Source: Mycobacteriales bacterium
GTDB taxonomy: Bacteria > Actinomycetota > Actinomycetes > DATLTS01
Assembly (NCBI GenBank): GCA_035533475.1
Contig: DATLTS010000021.1
Location: 1-40,761, forward strand
Reading direction: 5' to 3'
DNA length: 40,761 nt
Shown piece by piece: positions 22,766 to 31,495 of the stretch (position 1 is the stretch's first letter; the number at the start of each line of letters is the position of its first letter). Under the pieces are notes generated by a model. It saw only the letters and a program-made list of their open reading frames with translations. It was not told where the DNA came from and did no database searches. A program made the translations under genes and the position numbers.

Positions 22766-23746
22766 GTGAACCCGCTCTTCCTCGCCGACCATCTGACCGA
22801 TATCCGGACCGCCGCGGAGCGGATTTCCGGTCGGGTGCTGCGCACCCCGACGCTCGCCCCGCTTGATTTCGCGGGGGTGCTGCTCAAACCCGAGTGTCTC
22901 CAGCCGACCGGCTCGTTCAAGGTCCGCGGGGCCTTCAACGCCCTTCTGGAGTTGCACGCGGCGAGCCCGGACCTCGCCGGGGTGGTGACCGTGAGTTCGG
23001 GGAACCACGGACAGGCGCTGGCCTATGCCGGCCGCAACCTGGGCGTCCCGGTCGTCGTGGTCATGCCGGCGTCGGCGGCGCCGGTGAAGGTCGCCGCGGT
23101 CACCCGGCTGGGGGCGCGCGTAGTCAGCGACGGCGTCACGCCGGAGAACCGGGAGGAGTGTTTCCGCGCCGTCGTCGAGGAGACCGGATTCGCCCCGGTA
23201 CACCCGTTCGACAACTGGTCGGTCATCCACGGCCAGGCCACGATCGGGCTCGAAATCCTCGCCGACCAGCCCGAGGTCGCAACGATCGTCGTCCCCGTGA
23301 GCGGGGCCGGCCTGCTGTCGGGGGTTGCGATGGCGGCGAAGGCGCTCCGACCCGACGTCCGGGTGGTGGGCGCCGAGCCCGCCGCGGCCGACGACGCCCG
23401 GCAGAGCCTCGCCGCCGGCCGGGTCGTGCGGCAGATCGCCGGGCCGACGATCGCCGACGGTGCCCTCGCCCCGGAGATCGGGGCTCGGCCCGCCGAGGTG
23501 CTGCTCGAGCAGGGGCTGGTGGACGCGATCGTCACGGTGAGCGACGACGAGCTGCGGGAGGCGCTGCCCCGGTTATGGATGGGCGCGAAGCTGCTCGCCG
23601 AGCCGACCGGTGGGCTCGCCGTGGCTGCGGGGCTGCGCGGGGGGCTGGGGATGCCCGTCGTGGCCGTCGTCACCGGTGGCAACGTCGACCCAGCGTTAGT
23701 CGCCGCCCTGCTGGCACCGGACCGGGGCGCGCCACCTCGGCGTTGA
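22766..23746 (+). CDS. PLP-dependent (fold type II) threonine/serine dehydratase-like enzyme; no ACT regulatory domain
   Basis: PLP-lysine motif GSFKVRGAFNAL, a glycine-rich loop (VSSGNHGQALA), and C-terminal GGNVD. Confidence 0.85.
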   Translation: MNPLFLADHLTDIRTAAERISGRVLRTPTLAPLDFAGVLLKPECLQPTGSFKVRGAFNALLELHAASPDLAGVVTVSSGNHGQALAYAGRNLGVPVVVVMPASAAPVKVAAVTRLGARVVSDGVTPENREECFRAVVEETGFAPVHPFDNWSVIHGQATIGLEILADQPEVATIVVPVSGAGLLSGVAMAAKALRPDVRVVGAEPAAADDARQSLAAGRVVRQIAGPTIADGALAPEIGARPAEVLLEQGLVDAIVTVSDDELREALPRLWMGAKLLAEPTGGLAVAAGLRGGLGMPVVAVVTGGNVDPALVAALLAPDRGAPPRR

Positions 23747-23790
23747 CGGATGGTTCGAACCGGACCGGCCGGCGCGACGAATACCAGATC

Positions 23791-24591
23791 ATGAGCTTCG
23801 ACCTAGCGGCCTATCGGCAAACCGTCCGGCCGGTCCAGGTGGATGACCTCGACTTCGGGGCCTTCCGCGACCGGCCGCTGTCCACCGGCACGTTGCGCTG
23901 CCTGCGCTACATGCACGACGTGGAGTCGCACACCGTTTGCTATCTGCGCGACCTCCTGCTGACGAGCAGCCATCGGGACCCGGAGATCACGACCTTCCTC
24001 ACCATGTGGAACTACGAGGAGTACTGGCACGGCGTCGCCCTCGGCCGGGTGCTCAAGGCGCACGGGGAACCCGCCGAGGCCGAGCGGATCGGACCGATGC
24101 GGGCCCGGCTCGGAACGAAGGACCGCTTCGCGCCGTTCGTGCACGCCCTCGGATCCAGCCTGCTGGGTGAGGACTTCGTCGCGCTGCACATGACCTGGGG
24201 AGCCATCAACGAGTGGTCGACCCAGGCCGGCTACGACCGGCTCGCCGAAATCGAAGGACATCCCGTCCTCACCGAACTTCTCGGCAGGATCGCCCGGCAG
24301 GAGGCGCGGCACATCGCGTTCTACGCCACCCAGGCCCGGGGCCGGTTGGCCCGCTCGGCGAAGGCACAGCGCGGGACCCGCTGGGCGCTCCGCCGGCTCT
24401 GGGCGCCGGTCGGCAGCACCGTAATGCCTGCCGTAGAAACGCGTTTCCTGCTCGACTACCTGATGGGGGGATCTGCTGGGCGCCGCTGTGCCCAGCGCGT
24501 CGAGCGCAACATCGACCGCCTCCCCGGCCTCGACGGGTTACAGCTCGTAACCCGCGCCCTGGACAAGTACCCAACGTCCGTCGCGGCCTGA
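23791..24591 (+). CDS. Ferritin-like diiron oxygenase (AurF-like / diiron carboxylate family), 266 aa
   Basis: Repeated carboxylate/ExxH ligand motifs (DVESH, EEYWH, QEARH) and a DLDFGAF N-terminal motif resembling the AurF-family DIDWD. The start is 44 nt after the dehydratase stop, same strand. Confidence 0.55.
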   Translation: MSFDLAAYRQTVRPVQVDDLDFGAFRDRPLSTGTLRCLRYMHDVESHTVCYLRDLLLTSSHRDPEITTFLTMWNYEEYWHGVALGRVLKAHGEPAEAERIGPMRARLGTKDRFAPFVHALGSSLLGEDFVALHMTWGAINEWSTQAGYDRLAEIEGHPVLTELLGRIARQEARHIAFYATQARGRLARSAKAQRGTRWALRRLWAPVGSTVMPAVETRFLLDYLMGGSAGRRCAQRVERNIDRLPGLDGLQLVTRALDKYPTSVAA

Positions 24592-24644
24592 TCCCTCCCC
24601 GCCCTGACGGTTGCCGCGGTGAACTGACCGGGTAGCTGCTGCGA

Positions 24645-25046
24645 ATGTCCCACATGACCAGGTCGTGGATCGCCCATCCCCCCGACCTCCTGGTGGCCCT
24701 GCTGCTCGACGCCGCATCGGGCCCTCCGGTGATCCTGCACCCCGACGGCGTGACCCGGCTGGACTGTCCCCGGACCGACGGTGTCCAGCTGGCCGGCGTC
24801 TCGTCCGAGGACGGTCACGACCTGTCATGGGCCTGGGGCTTCGTCGCCGCCGAAGTGAGCGATCCGTGGGTGCGGTTCCAACGCTGGCACGGCCTGAGCC
24901 GTCGCCGGGTTCCGGTTCGCCGGCTCTCGGCGAGCGTTTGGACGGCCCAGGTTCCTGGCCGGTGGTCCGCGGTCTCGTTGATCCGGTCCGCGGCCGAGGT
25001 GGCGCCGGCCGGGCTGGGTGCCGGACGGGTCGCGCTGACTCGCTGA
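24645..25046 (+). CDS. Hypothetical protein, 133 aa
   Basis: Strong GC3 periodicity with no obvious transmembrane segment. Third gene of the putative dehydratase-oxygenase operon. Confidence 0.4.
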   Translation: MSHMTRSWIAHPPDLLVALLLDAASGPPVILHPDGVTRLDCPRTDGVQLAGVSSEDGHDLSWAWGFVAAEVSDPWVRFQRWHGLSRRRVPVRRLSASVWTAQVPGRWSAVSLIRSAAEVAPAGLGAGRVALTR

Positions 25047-25097
25047 CTCCCTGTCGCGGCCGTCGCGGCACACCTGGCCGGGCCGCCCATCTCAGCG

Positions 25098-25853
25098 TCA
25101 GGCGCTGATGGCCACCGGGGTCCGGGTCGTGCGGGCCGGGACCCCGGGCCCGTTCTCCTCGGTGATGGCAAACGTGCCCGCCAGCCCGGTCACCGACCCG
25201 ACATCGACCGTCGTCAGTCCCGCTCCGGTGACCCGGAAGCCGCCGACCGGCTGCAAGGCCCCGTCCGCGATGCGCCAGAGCACGTAGATGCTGGTCCCCG
25301 TCGTCGGACTGAGCCGGTCGGCGACCAAGGTCACGCTGGTCCCCCGCAGCAAGGCGGCCGCAGCGGGCTGCGCCGAGCCGGCGATGTGCAGCACGACCGT
25401 GTGGCAACCGGTCTGCTCTAGACAGCCGAGGACCTGCGAGCTTGCGAGCAGCGAAGGATTGCTCGACGACCCGCCGCCCAGGGTGAGCGGCAGGCTGATG
25501 GCCGCCGCTACCGCTGCGCCGGCTGCCGCCGCGAGCAGCGAGTTGCGGTAACCGCCCCGACGGAAGCCGATCTGGCGGACCAGGGCCGAACCCGGCGCCA
25601 CCACAGCCCGGGCATCACGTCCGATCTCCTCATCGATCGCAGCCCACAGTGACTTCGGGGGAAGGGCCGGCTCGGCGACCGTCGCCAGCTCGGTCACGGT
25701 CGCCTCGAAGCCGGCAACGGTCTGCTGGCACTGCGGGCAACCGAGCAGGTGCCGGAGAAAGGCGTTCTCCTCGGCCGGCTCGAGCGCGTGCAGCGCGGAA
25801 CCCGCTGCCAGTTCGTCCCACTCCTGATGGTGGCGAGATGCTGGACCAGTCAT
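25098..25853 (-). CDS. Zinc-finger anti-sigma factor (ZAS; RskA-like) with transmembrane and extracytoplasmic domains
   Basis: HLLGCPQCQ (HxxxCxxC) ZAS motif, a central transmembrane segment ([16 protein letters not shown]), and a C-terminal anti-sigma-K-like domain. The start overlaps the stop of the sigma gene (ATGA). Confidence 0.8.
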   Translation of the reverse strand: MTGPASRHHQEWDELAAGSALHALEPAEENAFLRHLLGCPQCQQTVAGFEATVTELATVAEPALPPKSLWAAIDEEIGRDARAVVAPGSALVRQIGFRRGGYRNSLLAAAAGAAVAAAISLPLTLGGGSSSNPSLLASSQVLGCLEQTGCHTVVLHIAGSAQPAAAALLRGTSVTLVADRLSPTTGTSIYVLWRIADGALQPVGGFRVTGAGLTTVDVGSVTGLAGTFAITEENGPGVPARTTRTPVAISA

Positions 25854-26485
25854 CGGAGTTCACCTCGCAGAAAATCGAAGGAGTCCGGGGCGTCCCCGGC
25901 TAGTGCATCACGAAGCCGGCGCAGACCGGCAAACGTGCGGGTCTTCACCGTTCCCAACGGCACATCTATCAGTTGCGCGATCTCTTGCTGCGTGTAGCCG
26001 CCGAAGTAGGCAAGGAGCAACGGGGTCCGCTGCGCTTCGGGAAGGGTCTGCAGCGCCGCTCGTATCCGGTTCGCCCGCAGGCTGTCGTCCGCCAATTCGG
26101 CGACGTCAGAGCCGCCCGCGGGCTCCTCGTACAGCAGGTCGAAGTTGTCCCGCCGGCGCCGGTGGACGTCCTCACGTCTGACCGCGTCGACACTCTTGTG
26201 GTGGGTGATCGAGAGTAGCCAGGTCTTCACGCTGGCCTTGGCCTGGTCGTACCCGGAGGACCGCCGCCAAAGCGCGACGAAAACCTCCTGTACCACGTCC
26301 TCGGCCAGCCCCTCGTCCCCCACGATGCGCCGGGCCAGGCCGTAGCAGGCGGCGCCGTAGCGCCGGTATATCTCCCCCAGCGCATCCCGGTCGCCTCCGG
26401 TGACCGCGTCGATCAGGAGTGCGTCCGGGCGGTCGCCGACGTCGGCGACCGGCTGGTGACGCGAAAGCATCTGGACCGACCTCAC
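25850..26485 (-). CDS. ECF (group IV) RNA polymerase sigma-70 factor, SigK-like
   Basis: Sigma-2 region (VQEVFVALWRRSSGYD...KTWLLSITHHKSVDAVRRE) and sigma-4 HTH (YTQQEIAQLIDVPLGTVKTR). Confidence 0.88.
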   Translation of the reverse strand: MRSVQMLSRHQPVADVGDRPDALLIDAVTGGDRDALGEIYRRYGAACYGLARRIVGDEGLAEDVVQEVFVALWRRSSGYDQAKASVKTWLLSITHHKSVDAVRREDVHRRRRDNFDLLYEEPAGGSDVAELADDSLRANRIRAALQTLPEAQRTPLLLAYFGGYTQQEIAQLIDVPLGTVKTRTFAGLRRLRDALAGDAPDSFDFLRGELR

Positions 26486-26702
26486 AACCTTGGTTCGGAC
26501 ACCGGGCCGGTTCGGTTCATTCGGGCCTGGTTACCGAAAGTCTGCCCGGCCCGGGCGGGACCAAGCGCCCGAGGGACGGTCGCCTGGCGGCCGCCCATGG
26601 CCAGTTCCTGGGGCGGCTTCGGTGCGCTTGCCGGGGAGTGGCCGGGTCACCCGGCCCGTGACGATAAATGAACCGCGAGCCGCCCCCGGGCGAAAGACCC
26701 GC
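26486..26702. promoter_or_regulatory. Divergent intergenic region between the ECF sigma gene and the membrane/cupredoxin operon; expected to hold the auto-regulated ECF promoter and the target promoter
   Basis: 217-bp non-coding gap between divergently oriented genes. GAACC-like elements are present, but I could not assign a confident -35/-10. Confidence 0.3.
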
Positions 26703-27659
26703 ATGCGAATCACCCGGCGAAGTATGCAGATCCTGCTCGGGATCCTGTGGCTGGTCGACGGCGCCCTGCAACTTCAGCCGTTCATGTTCGGGAAAGGCTT
26801 CGCCACCCAGGTCATCGACCCGGCGGCGGCCGGTCAGCCCACCTTGGTGCGGTTGCTGGTCACCGGCTCGGGTCACCTGATCGGCCTGCATCCCGTCCTC
26901 GCGGACACCTTCTTCGCGACCGTGCAACTGGCCCTCGGAGCCGGCCTTCTGCTCCGGCGGACGGCTCGCCCCGCGCTCGCCGCGTCGATTATCTGGGCAC
27001 TGGGGATCTGGGCCTTCGGCGAGGGCTTCGGCGGAGTCTTCGGTGGCCACACCAGCCTGCTGCTGGGTGCCCCCGGCGCCGCACTGATCTATGCGGTGCT
27101 CGCGGCGGCGGCTTGGCCACAACGCGACGGCGACTCCGCTCCAGCGAGCTGGCTGCCGGCCGCCTGGTCTGGCATCTTCGCCCTCGGAGCACTGCTGTGG
27201 GCGCTCCCTTGGCAGTTCAACGGACGCTCCATCGCCGGGCAACTCACCTCGAATCTGGCCAGCCTGCCGGGGCCCGTGGCCTCGGTGGTGCTCTCCTTGG
27301 CAACATTCACCTCCGCCCACGGGCACCTCGTCGCGGCCGTGCTCGTCGCGCTCGGGATTGCGGCGGCGGTCCTCGCCCTACGGCCTGGCCGCTGCCGGAC
27401 TGTCGCGGCGACGCTGGGCGCCACCCTCGCTCTGGCCGCGTGGGCTTCTAGCCAGGCATTCGGCGGGATCTCGACCGGACAGGCCACCGATCCGAACACC
27501 GGCCCGTTGCTCGTCCTGCTCGCCGCGGCACTCGCGGCGACCAACGCCCGGCGACCTGTCCCGGCCACCGCCCGGTATCCCGTCGCGGTCACCTCGGGCC
27601 GTCAGCAGCCGTCTCCCAGCTGGGCAACGGCACCGGCACTCTTCGAAAGGGCGGGATGA
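26703..27659 (+). CDS. Polytopic integral membrane protein (about 9 transmembrane helices), unknown function
   Basis: 319 aa from ATG 26703 (MRITRRSMQILLGILWLVDGAL..), with repeated hydrophobic helices and Trp-rich interfacial residues. The 389-aa ORF call includes a spurious upstream extension. Confidence 0.6.
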   Translation: MRITRRSMQILLGILWLVDGALQLQPFMFGKGFATQVIDPAAAGQPTLVRLLVTGSGHLIGLHPVLADTFFATVQLALGAGLLLRRTARPALAASIIWALGIWAFGEGFGGVFGGHTSLLLGAPGAALIYAVLAAAAWPQRDGDSAPASWLPAAWSGIFALGALLWALPWQFNGRSIAGQLTSNLASLPGPVASVVLSLATFTSAHGHLVAAVLVALGIAAAVLALRPGRCRTVAATLGATLALAAWASSQAFGGISTGQATDPNTGPLLVLLAAALAATNARRPVPATARYPVAVTSGRQQPSPSWATAPALFERAG

Positions 27660-28135
27660 TCATGGATCGGCTCAGGTCACTGGACGTCAATTCCGCCCTG
27701 CAGATCCTGCTCCGAGTCGTCGTCGCGGCAGCACTTGCGGTCGACGCCTTCGAGCACGCCAAGCTGGCGCCGCTCTATGACGGGATCCGAGCCTCGGTGA
27801 GCCAGGGCAATTTGTTCCGGGCGGAGGCGGGAGTTGCGGCCGCCGTGGCGCTGCTCGTCCTGGTGGTCGGGCGTCGCGTCGGTTACTCCGCGGCCTTCCT
27901 CGTCGCGGCGAGCGCGCTTGGAGCCGTGCTGCTCTACCGATACGCGGACGTCGGCCGGCTCGGCCCGCTCCCCAACATGTACGACCCCGGCTGGTTCCCG
28001 ACCGGCAAGCCGGTCTCCGCAATCGCGGAGGCCGTGGCCTCAGCCGCCGCCCTGGTCGGGCTGGCCGACGCCCAACTCAGACGCCGGCGGACACCTGCCC
28101 GTTCGGTCGCACGCCAACAGGATGGAACACCATGA
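27656..28135 (+). CDS. Small integral membrane protein (about 4 transmembrane helices), unknown function
   Basis: 159 aa. The start overlaps the upstream stop (ATGA) and the stop overlaps the cupredoxin start (ATGA). Confidence 0.55.
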   Translation: MIMDRLRSLDVNSALQILLRVVVAAALAVDAFEHAKLAPLYDGIRASVSQGNLFRAEAGVAAAVALLVLVVGRRVGYSAAFLVAASALGAVLLYRYADVGRLGPLPNMYDPGWFPTGKPVSAIAEAVASAAALVGLADAQLRRRRTPARSVARQQDGTP

Positions 28136-28521
28136 AACTACGTCTCGCGTCCCTGGCCGTAGCGCTCGCGGCGGCCGCCACTGCCTGCGGCGGGAGCTCC
28201 GGCGGATCTCACGTGGCCCCCCCGGCCGCGGCCGGGGCCGGCGGACAGCACGTGACCATCGACGGCAACTCGATGTTCCGGTTCAGCCCGATGTCGATCG
28301 CCGTGCATACCGGAACGGTCACGATCACGCTGACAGATCAGGGCGCCTACCCGCACAACATCGACATCCCGTCGCTGAAGGTGACGTCAGGTTCGGTCTC
28401 GGGCAATCCCGGTGGCACCTCAACCAGCTTCACCGTGACATTCCCCCACGCCGGCACGTACCCGTTCAAGTGCGACTACCACAGCAGCGCCGGCATGGTC
28501 GGTGACTTCGTCGTCTCCTGA
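28132..28521 (+). CDS. Blue-copper (type-1 cupredoxin, plastocyanin/amicyanin-like) lipoprotein
   Basis: Lipobox LAAAATAC-G. Type-1 copper ligands are present: His (YPHNIDI) and C-x2-H-x4-M (FKCDYHSSAGMVGDFVV). Confidence 0.8.
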   Translation: MKLRLASLAVALAAAATACGGSSGGSHVAPPAAAGAGGQHVTIDGNSMFRFSPMSIAVHTGTVTITLTDQGAYPHNIDIPSLKVTSGSVSGNPGGTSTSFTVTFPHAGTYPFKCDYHSSAGMVGDFVVS

Positions 28522-28651
28522 TCCAGGAGTCGAAGATTTCCCTGCCTGGCTGTGATTTGGCCCGATCCCAAAGACTTTCGAGGGTGAGGCGAACCGCCTC
28601 GGCCTTCGGTCCGAAGACCTTCCCGAGTCCCTTCCCGATTGGAGAAAGCAA

Positions 28652-29905
28652 ATGCACACATCGCTAATGGTTCGCGGCGGAGTTGGGGTGGCCAGCCTGG
28701 CCCTCGCCCTGGCCGCCTGCGGCGGCGGCAACACCGCCGCCCCGACATCCACCACCACCACGGGGTCGACGCCGCCGCCGGCATCCGCCACCACGGCGTC
28801 CGACGTCACGGCGACGCCGACCGCCACCCTCGAAGCCGGCCTCGACCAACTGCTCCGAGAGCATGTCGACCTCACCGCCAACGTCGTCGAGACCGCCATC
28901 ACGAAGGGCCCGTCGTCGACGGACACGAAGAACGCCCTGGCCGCGCTCGACGCCAACACGGTCGGCCTCGGGCAGGCCATCGGCAGCGTCTACGGGCCGG
29001 CGGCCCAAACCGCATTCATCAAGCTCTGGCGGGCACACATCGGCTTCTTCGTCAACTACACGCTCGGCCTGGCCAGCAACAACACGTCCATGGTGAATAC
29101 CGCGAACCAGGACCTCGCCGGCTACATCACGCAGTTCTCGGCCTTCGTGAACAGCGCGACGCAGCTCCCGGCGTCGGCGGTTGCCGCTGACCTACAGGGT
29201 CACGTGACCACCCTGGAAACGGCGATCAAGGCGATCGTGACCAAGAGCCCCGAGGCCGGCAAGGACATCGAGATGGCGGCCATGCACATGGACGGCACCG
29301 CGCAGGTTCTCGCCCAGGGCATCGCGACCTCGAAGAACATCTCCGGCAGCGCCACCGGCGCGGGCGCCGCGCTTCGTGAAGGCTTGACCGGCCTGCTGAT
29401 CCAGCACGTCGCGGCAACCACCTTCGTCGTCCAGACCGCCGTGGCCAACGGCGGCAACCTCAAGGCGCCCGAGGTGCAGGGTGCGATCTCGGCCCTTACC
29501 GATAACACCAACCAGCTCGGCGCGGCGCTCGGCAGCGTCTACGGTCCCGCTGCGCAGGCGGAGTTCCTCAAGTTGTGGAACGCCCACATCGGGTTCTTCG
29601 TCAAATACACGCTCGGCAAGGCGACGAAGAACGCCAGCCAGGTGACGCAGGCGCAGAGCGATCTGTCCGGCTACATCTCGCAGTTCTCCGCGTTCGTCAG
29701 CTCTGCGACGAAGCTGCCGGCGTCCGCGGTTGCCGCGGACCTGCAGGGTCACGTGCAGACCCTCGAGGCCACGATCAACGACATCGTCGGGGACAGCCCG
29801 TCGACGTCGGCGGACCTCGCCATGGCCGAATCGCACATGGCCGGGACCGGAGCGGTGCTCGCCCAGGGCATCGCCGCTGCGAACCCGTCGAAGTTCACCA
29901 ACTGA
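28652..29905 (+). CDS. Lipoprotein with an internally duplicated domain of about 175 aa (conserved His/Met), unknown family
   Basis: Lipobox LALAAC-GG followed by a Thr/Pro-rich linker and two homologous halves. Conserved blocks are LGxAxGSVYGPAAQ, KLWxAHIGFFVxYTLG, GYIxQFSAFVxSATxLPASAVAADLQGHVxTLE and MAxxHMxGTxxVLAQGIA. GGAG Shine-Dalgarno. Confidence 0.8.
   Translation: MHTSLMVRGGVGVASLALALAACGGGNTAAPTSTTTTGSTPPPASATTASDVTATPTATLEAGLDQLLREHVDLTANVVETAITKGPSSTDTKNALAALDANTVGLGQAIGSVYGPAAQTAFIKLWRAHIGFFVNYTLGLASNNTSMVNTANQDLAGYITQFSAFVNSATQLPASAVAADLQGHVTTLETAIKAIVTKSPEAGKDIEMAAMHMDGTAQVLAQGIATSKNISGSATGAGAALREGLTGLLIQHVAATTFVVQTAVANGGNLKAPEVQGAISALTDNTNQLGAALGSVYGPAAQAEFLKLWNAHIGFFVKYTLGKATKNASQVTQAQSDLSGYISQFSAFVSSATKLPASAVAADLQGHVQTLEATINDIVGDSPSTSADLAMAESHMAGTGAVLAQGIAAANPSKFTN
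28823..29887 (+). repeat. Intragenic tandem duplication (two domain copies of about 525 nt each) inside the lipoprotein gene
   Basis: Amino acids about 58-232 align with about 238-412 at roughly half identity, with four His conserved per copy. Confidence 0.8.
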
Positions 29906-29919
29906 GCGAACGGGATCCC

Positions 29920-29961
29920 GGCGGATGGCCGGGGGTGGACAACCACCCCCGGCCATCCGCC
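29920..29961. terminator. Perfect 19-bp stem / 4-nt loop hairpin between convergent genes; probable bidirectional intrinsic terminator without a U-tail (actinobacterial I-shaped type)
   Basis: ggcggatggccgggggtgg-acaa-ccacccccggccatccgcc, starting 15 nt after the lipoprotein stop. Confidence 0.6.
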
Positions 29962-30105
29962 GTTCTCGTCACTGCCTCCACGCGCGCACCGTTGGGTCCG
30001 TGTGCGGGCGCAGGTCGGTCGGCAATGCGCCGAGGCTGGCCGGCCCCGGCTGCGGGCTCCTTGGCTCGCAGTTCCGGTCATGGGGCTCGACCGGTTGCCC
30101 CGTCG

Positions 30106-30576
30106 TCAGTAGGAGCCGAAACGACGCCGGCGGATGCACAGTCCGGCTCCGACACCCAGCGGGACCCCGGCGGCCAGCGCAAGTCCAAAGGCGAGTACGC
30201 CGTCGAACGCCGCAGCGGCGACCTGCTCGCCATGGTTGGGGGCAGGCCCAACGAGTACGCGATGCTGGGGGCTGAGCATGAGTTCGACCTGGGTGCCCAC
30301 CGGGGCACAGATCGAATCGACGGGCACGGTCCCGGTCACGCCGACCACTTTCACCCGCACAGAGCAACCGAAACCCCCATCACCGGGCCGGGCCGAGGCG
30401 ACCACTGCGGAGGTCGGCCGCGCCATGGCGAGATCGCGCTCGCGAGCAAGACCCACGACCGTCCAGGTCACCGCGATGGCAAACGCCATGGCGACAACTG
30501 CGAAAGCGATGATGGGCTCCGCGATCCGGCGGGCATGCCTCCGCCCTTCCAGGAAATCCGGAAAGCCCACCACCAC
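30106..30576 (-). CDS. Hypothetical membrane protein (N- and C-terminal hydrophobic segments), 156 aa
   Basis: High GC3 in frame. No family recognised. Confidence 0.4.
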   Translation of the reverse strand: MVVGFPDFLEGRRHARRIAEPIIAFAVVAMAFAIAVTWTVVGLARERDLAMARPTSAVVASARPGDGGFGCSVRVKVVGVTGTVPVDSICAPVGTQVELMLSPQHRVLVGPAPNHGEQVAAAAFDGVLAFGLALAAGVPLGVGAGLCIRRRRFGSY

Positions 30577-30860
30577 GGGCCGTTAATCTACCGGGGATGA
30601 CCATGGATCCGCCTGCCCAATACCGGCAAGGGTCAGCACGGGCCTCCCCCCGGGTCCCCTCCCGCACGGTGTCGAACGCATCAGTGGCGCCGCGCGTGGA
30701 ATCGCGGCAATTCAGCGGAGCATTCTCAGGAGGTCATCGGGCGAGTCGGCCATAGCCTGCACGCCACCGCCCAGCAGTTCCTCGCGCGCCGATGCAGCCC
30801 AACGATCTCCGCGAAGGAGTCCGGTAGCCGTGATCCGACGAATCGGCGCGGGTCGCCCGC

Positions 30861-31490
30861 CTAGCGGTTGCCGGGATCTACGTCCGGTGTCGCCTGTTCG
30901 AAGCGTTGCGGATGCGCCGAGTGCAGGATCATGCCGCGGGTGACGATCCTCGTGCCGTCGCCGACCAGGACGAGTTCGGCGAGTTCGCCGACGCTTAGCC
31001 CGGCTGCGAGATGGTCGGCGATACGGATCTCCGCGATGCGCAGCCGGATCGAACGCTGGTCCTCGCTCGAGCCGGTCCAGCTCGCCACGGGACCCTCAGC
31101 CATCTCGAATTCCTCGCCGAGCCGCAGATCGCCGGACAATGCGCGCCCGCGGATCGCGATCGCGTACGTCGTGCCCGACGACGCGCTCGCGGGGACCGGC
31201 ATTGACTCCACGGAGAACGAGCCCCGTGGCAGACCGAGCGGGTCGTGCCTGCGCCTGGCTGGACGCACCGCCGAACCGACGAAACGCGGGTCCGCGGCCG
31301 GCCCCTGCCATGCCGGCGCCGTGCCGACCTTTGCGTCGGCTGCCGTCCAGCCGGGGTAGGGAGCGGGCCAGTTGGGAGCCGGAGGCAAGGACAGCGAACC
31401 CCGCTCGAGAACGGGCTCCGAACAGTTCCGCAAGTAGAAGGAAGCAATCGCCCCCTTGGCGGTCAGGTCGACGAGTCCGGCCAGGACCAC
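30861..31490 (-). CDS. Hypothetical protein, 209 aa; the C-terminal half may be a beta-barrel (faint MOSC-like pattern). Unknown
   Basis: ORF with coding-like composition immediately downstream (6-nt gap) of the membrane protein 31496-32248. Confidence 0.4.
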   Translation of the reverse strand: MVLAGLVDLTAKGAIASFYLRNCSEPVLERGSLSLPPAPNWPAPYPGWTAADAKVGTAPAWQGPAADPRFVGSAVRPARRRHDPLGLPRGSFSVESMPVPASASSGTTYAIAIRGRALSGDLRLGEEFEMAEGPVASWTGSSEDQRSIRLRIAEIRIADHLAAGLSVGELAELVLVGDGTRIVTRGMILHSAHPQRFEQATPDVDPGNR

Positions 31491-31495
31491 AAGCG

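Noticed and set aside
30861-31490. Calling the 209-aa protein a MOSC-domain protein
   Set aside because: Only a faint resemblance (an ...IRLRIAEIRIAD... beta-strand pattern). The conserved Cys of MOSC domains is not evident, so I kept it as hypothetical.
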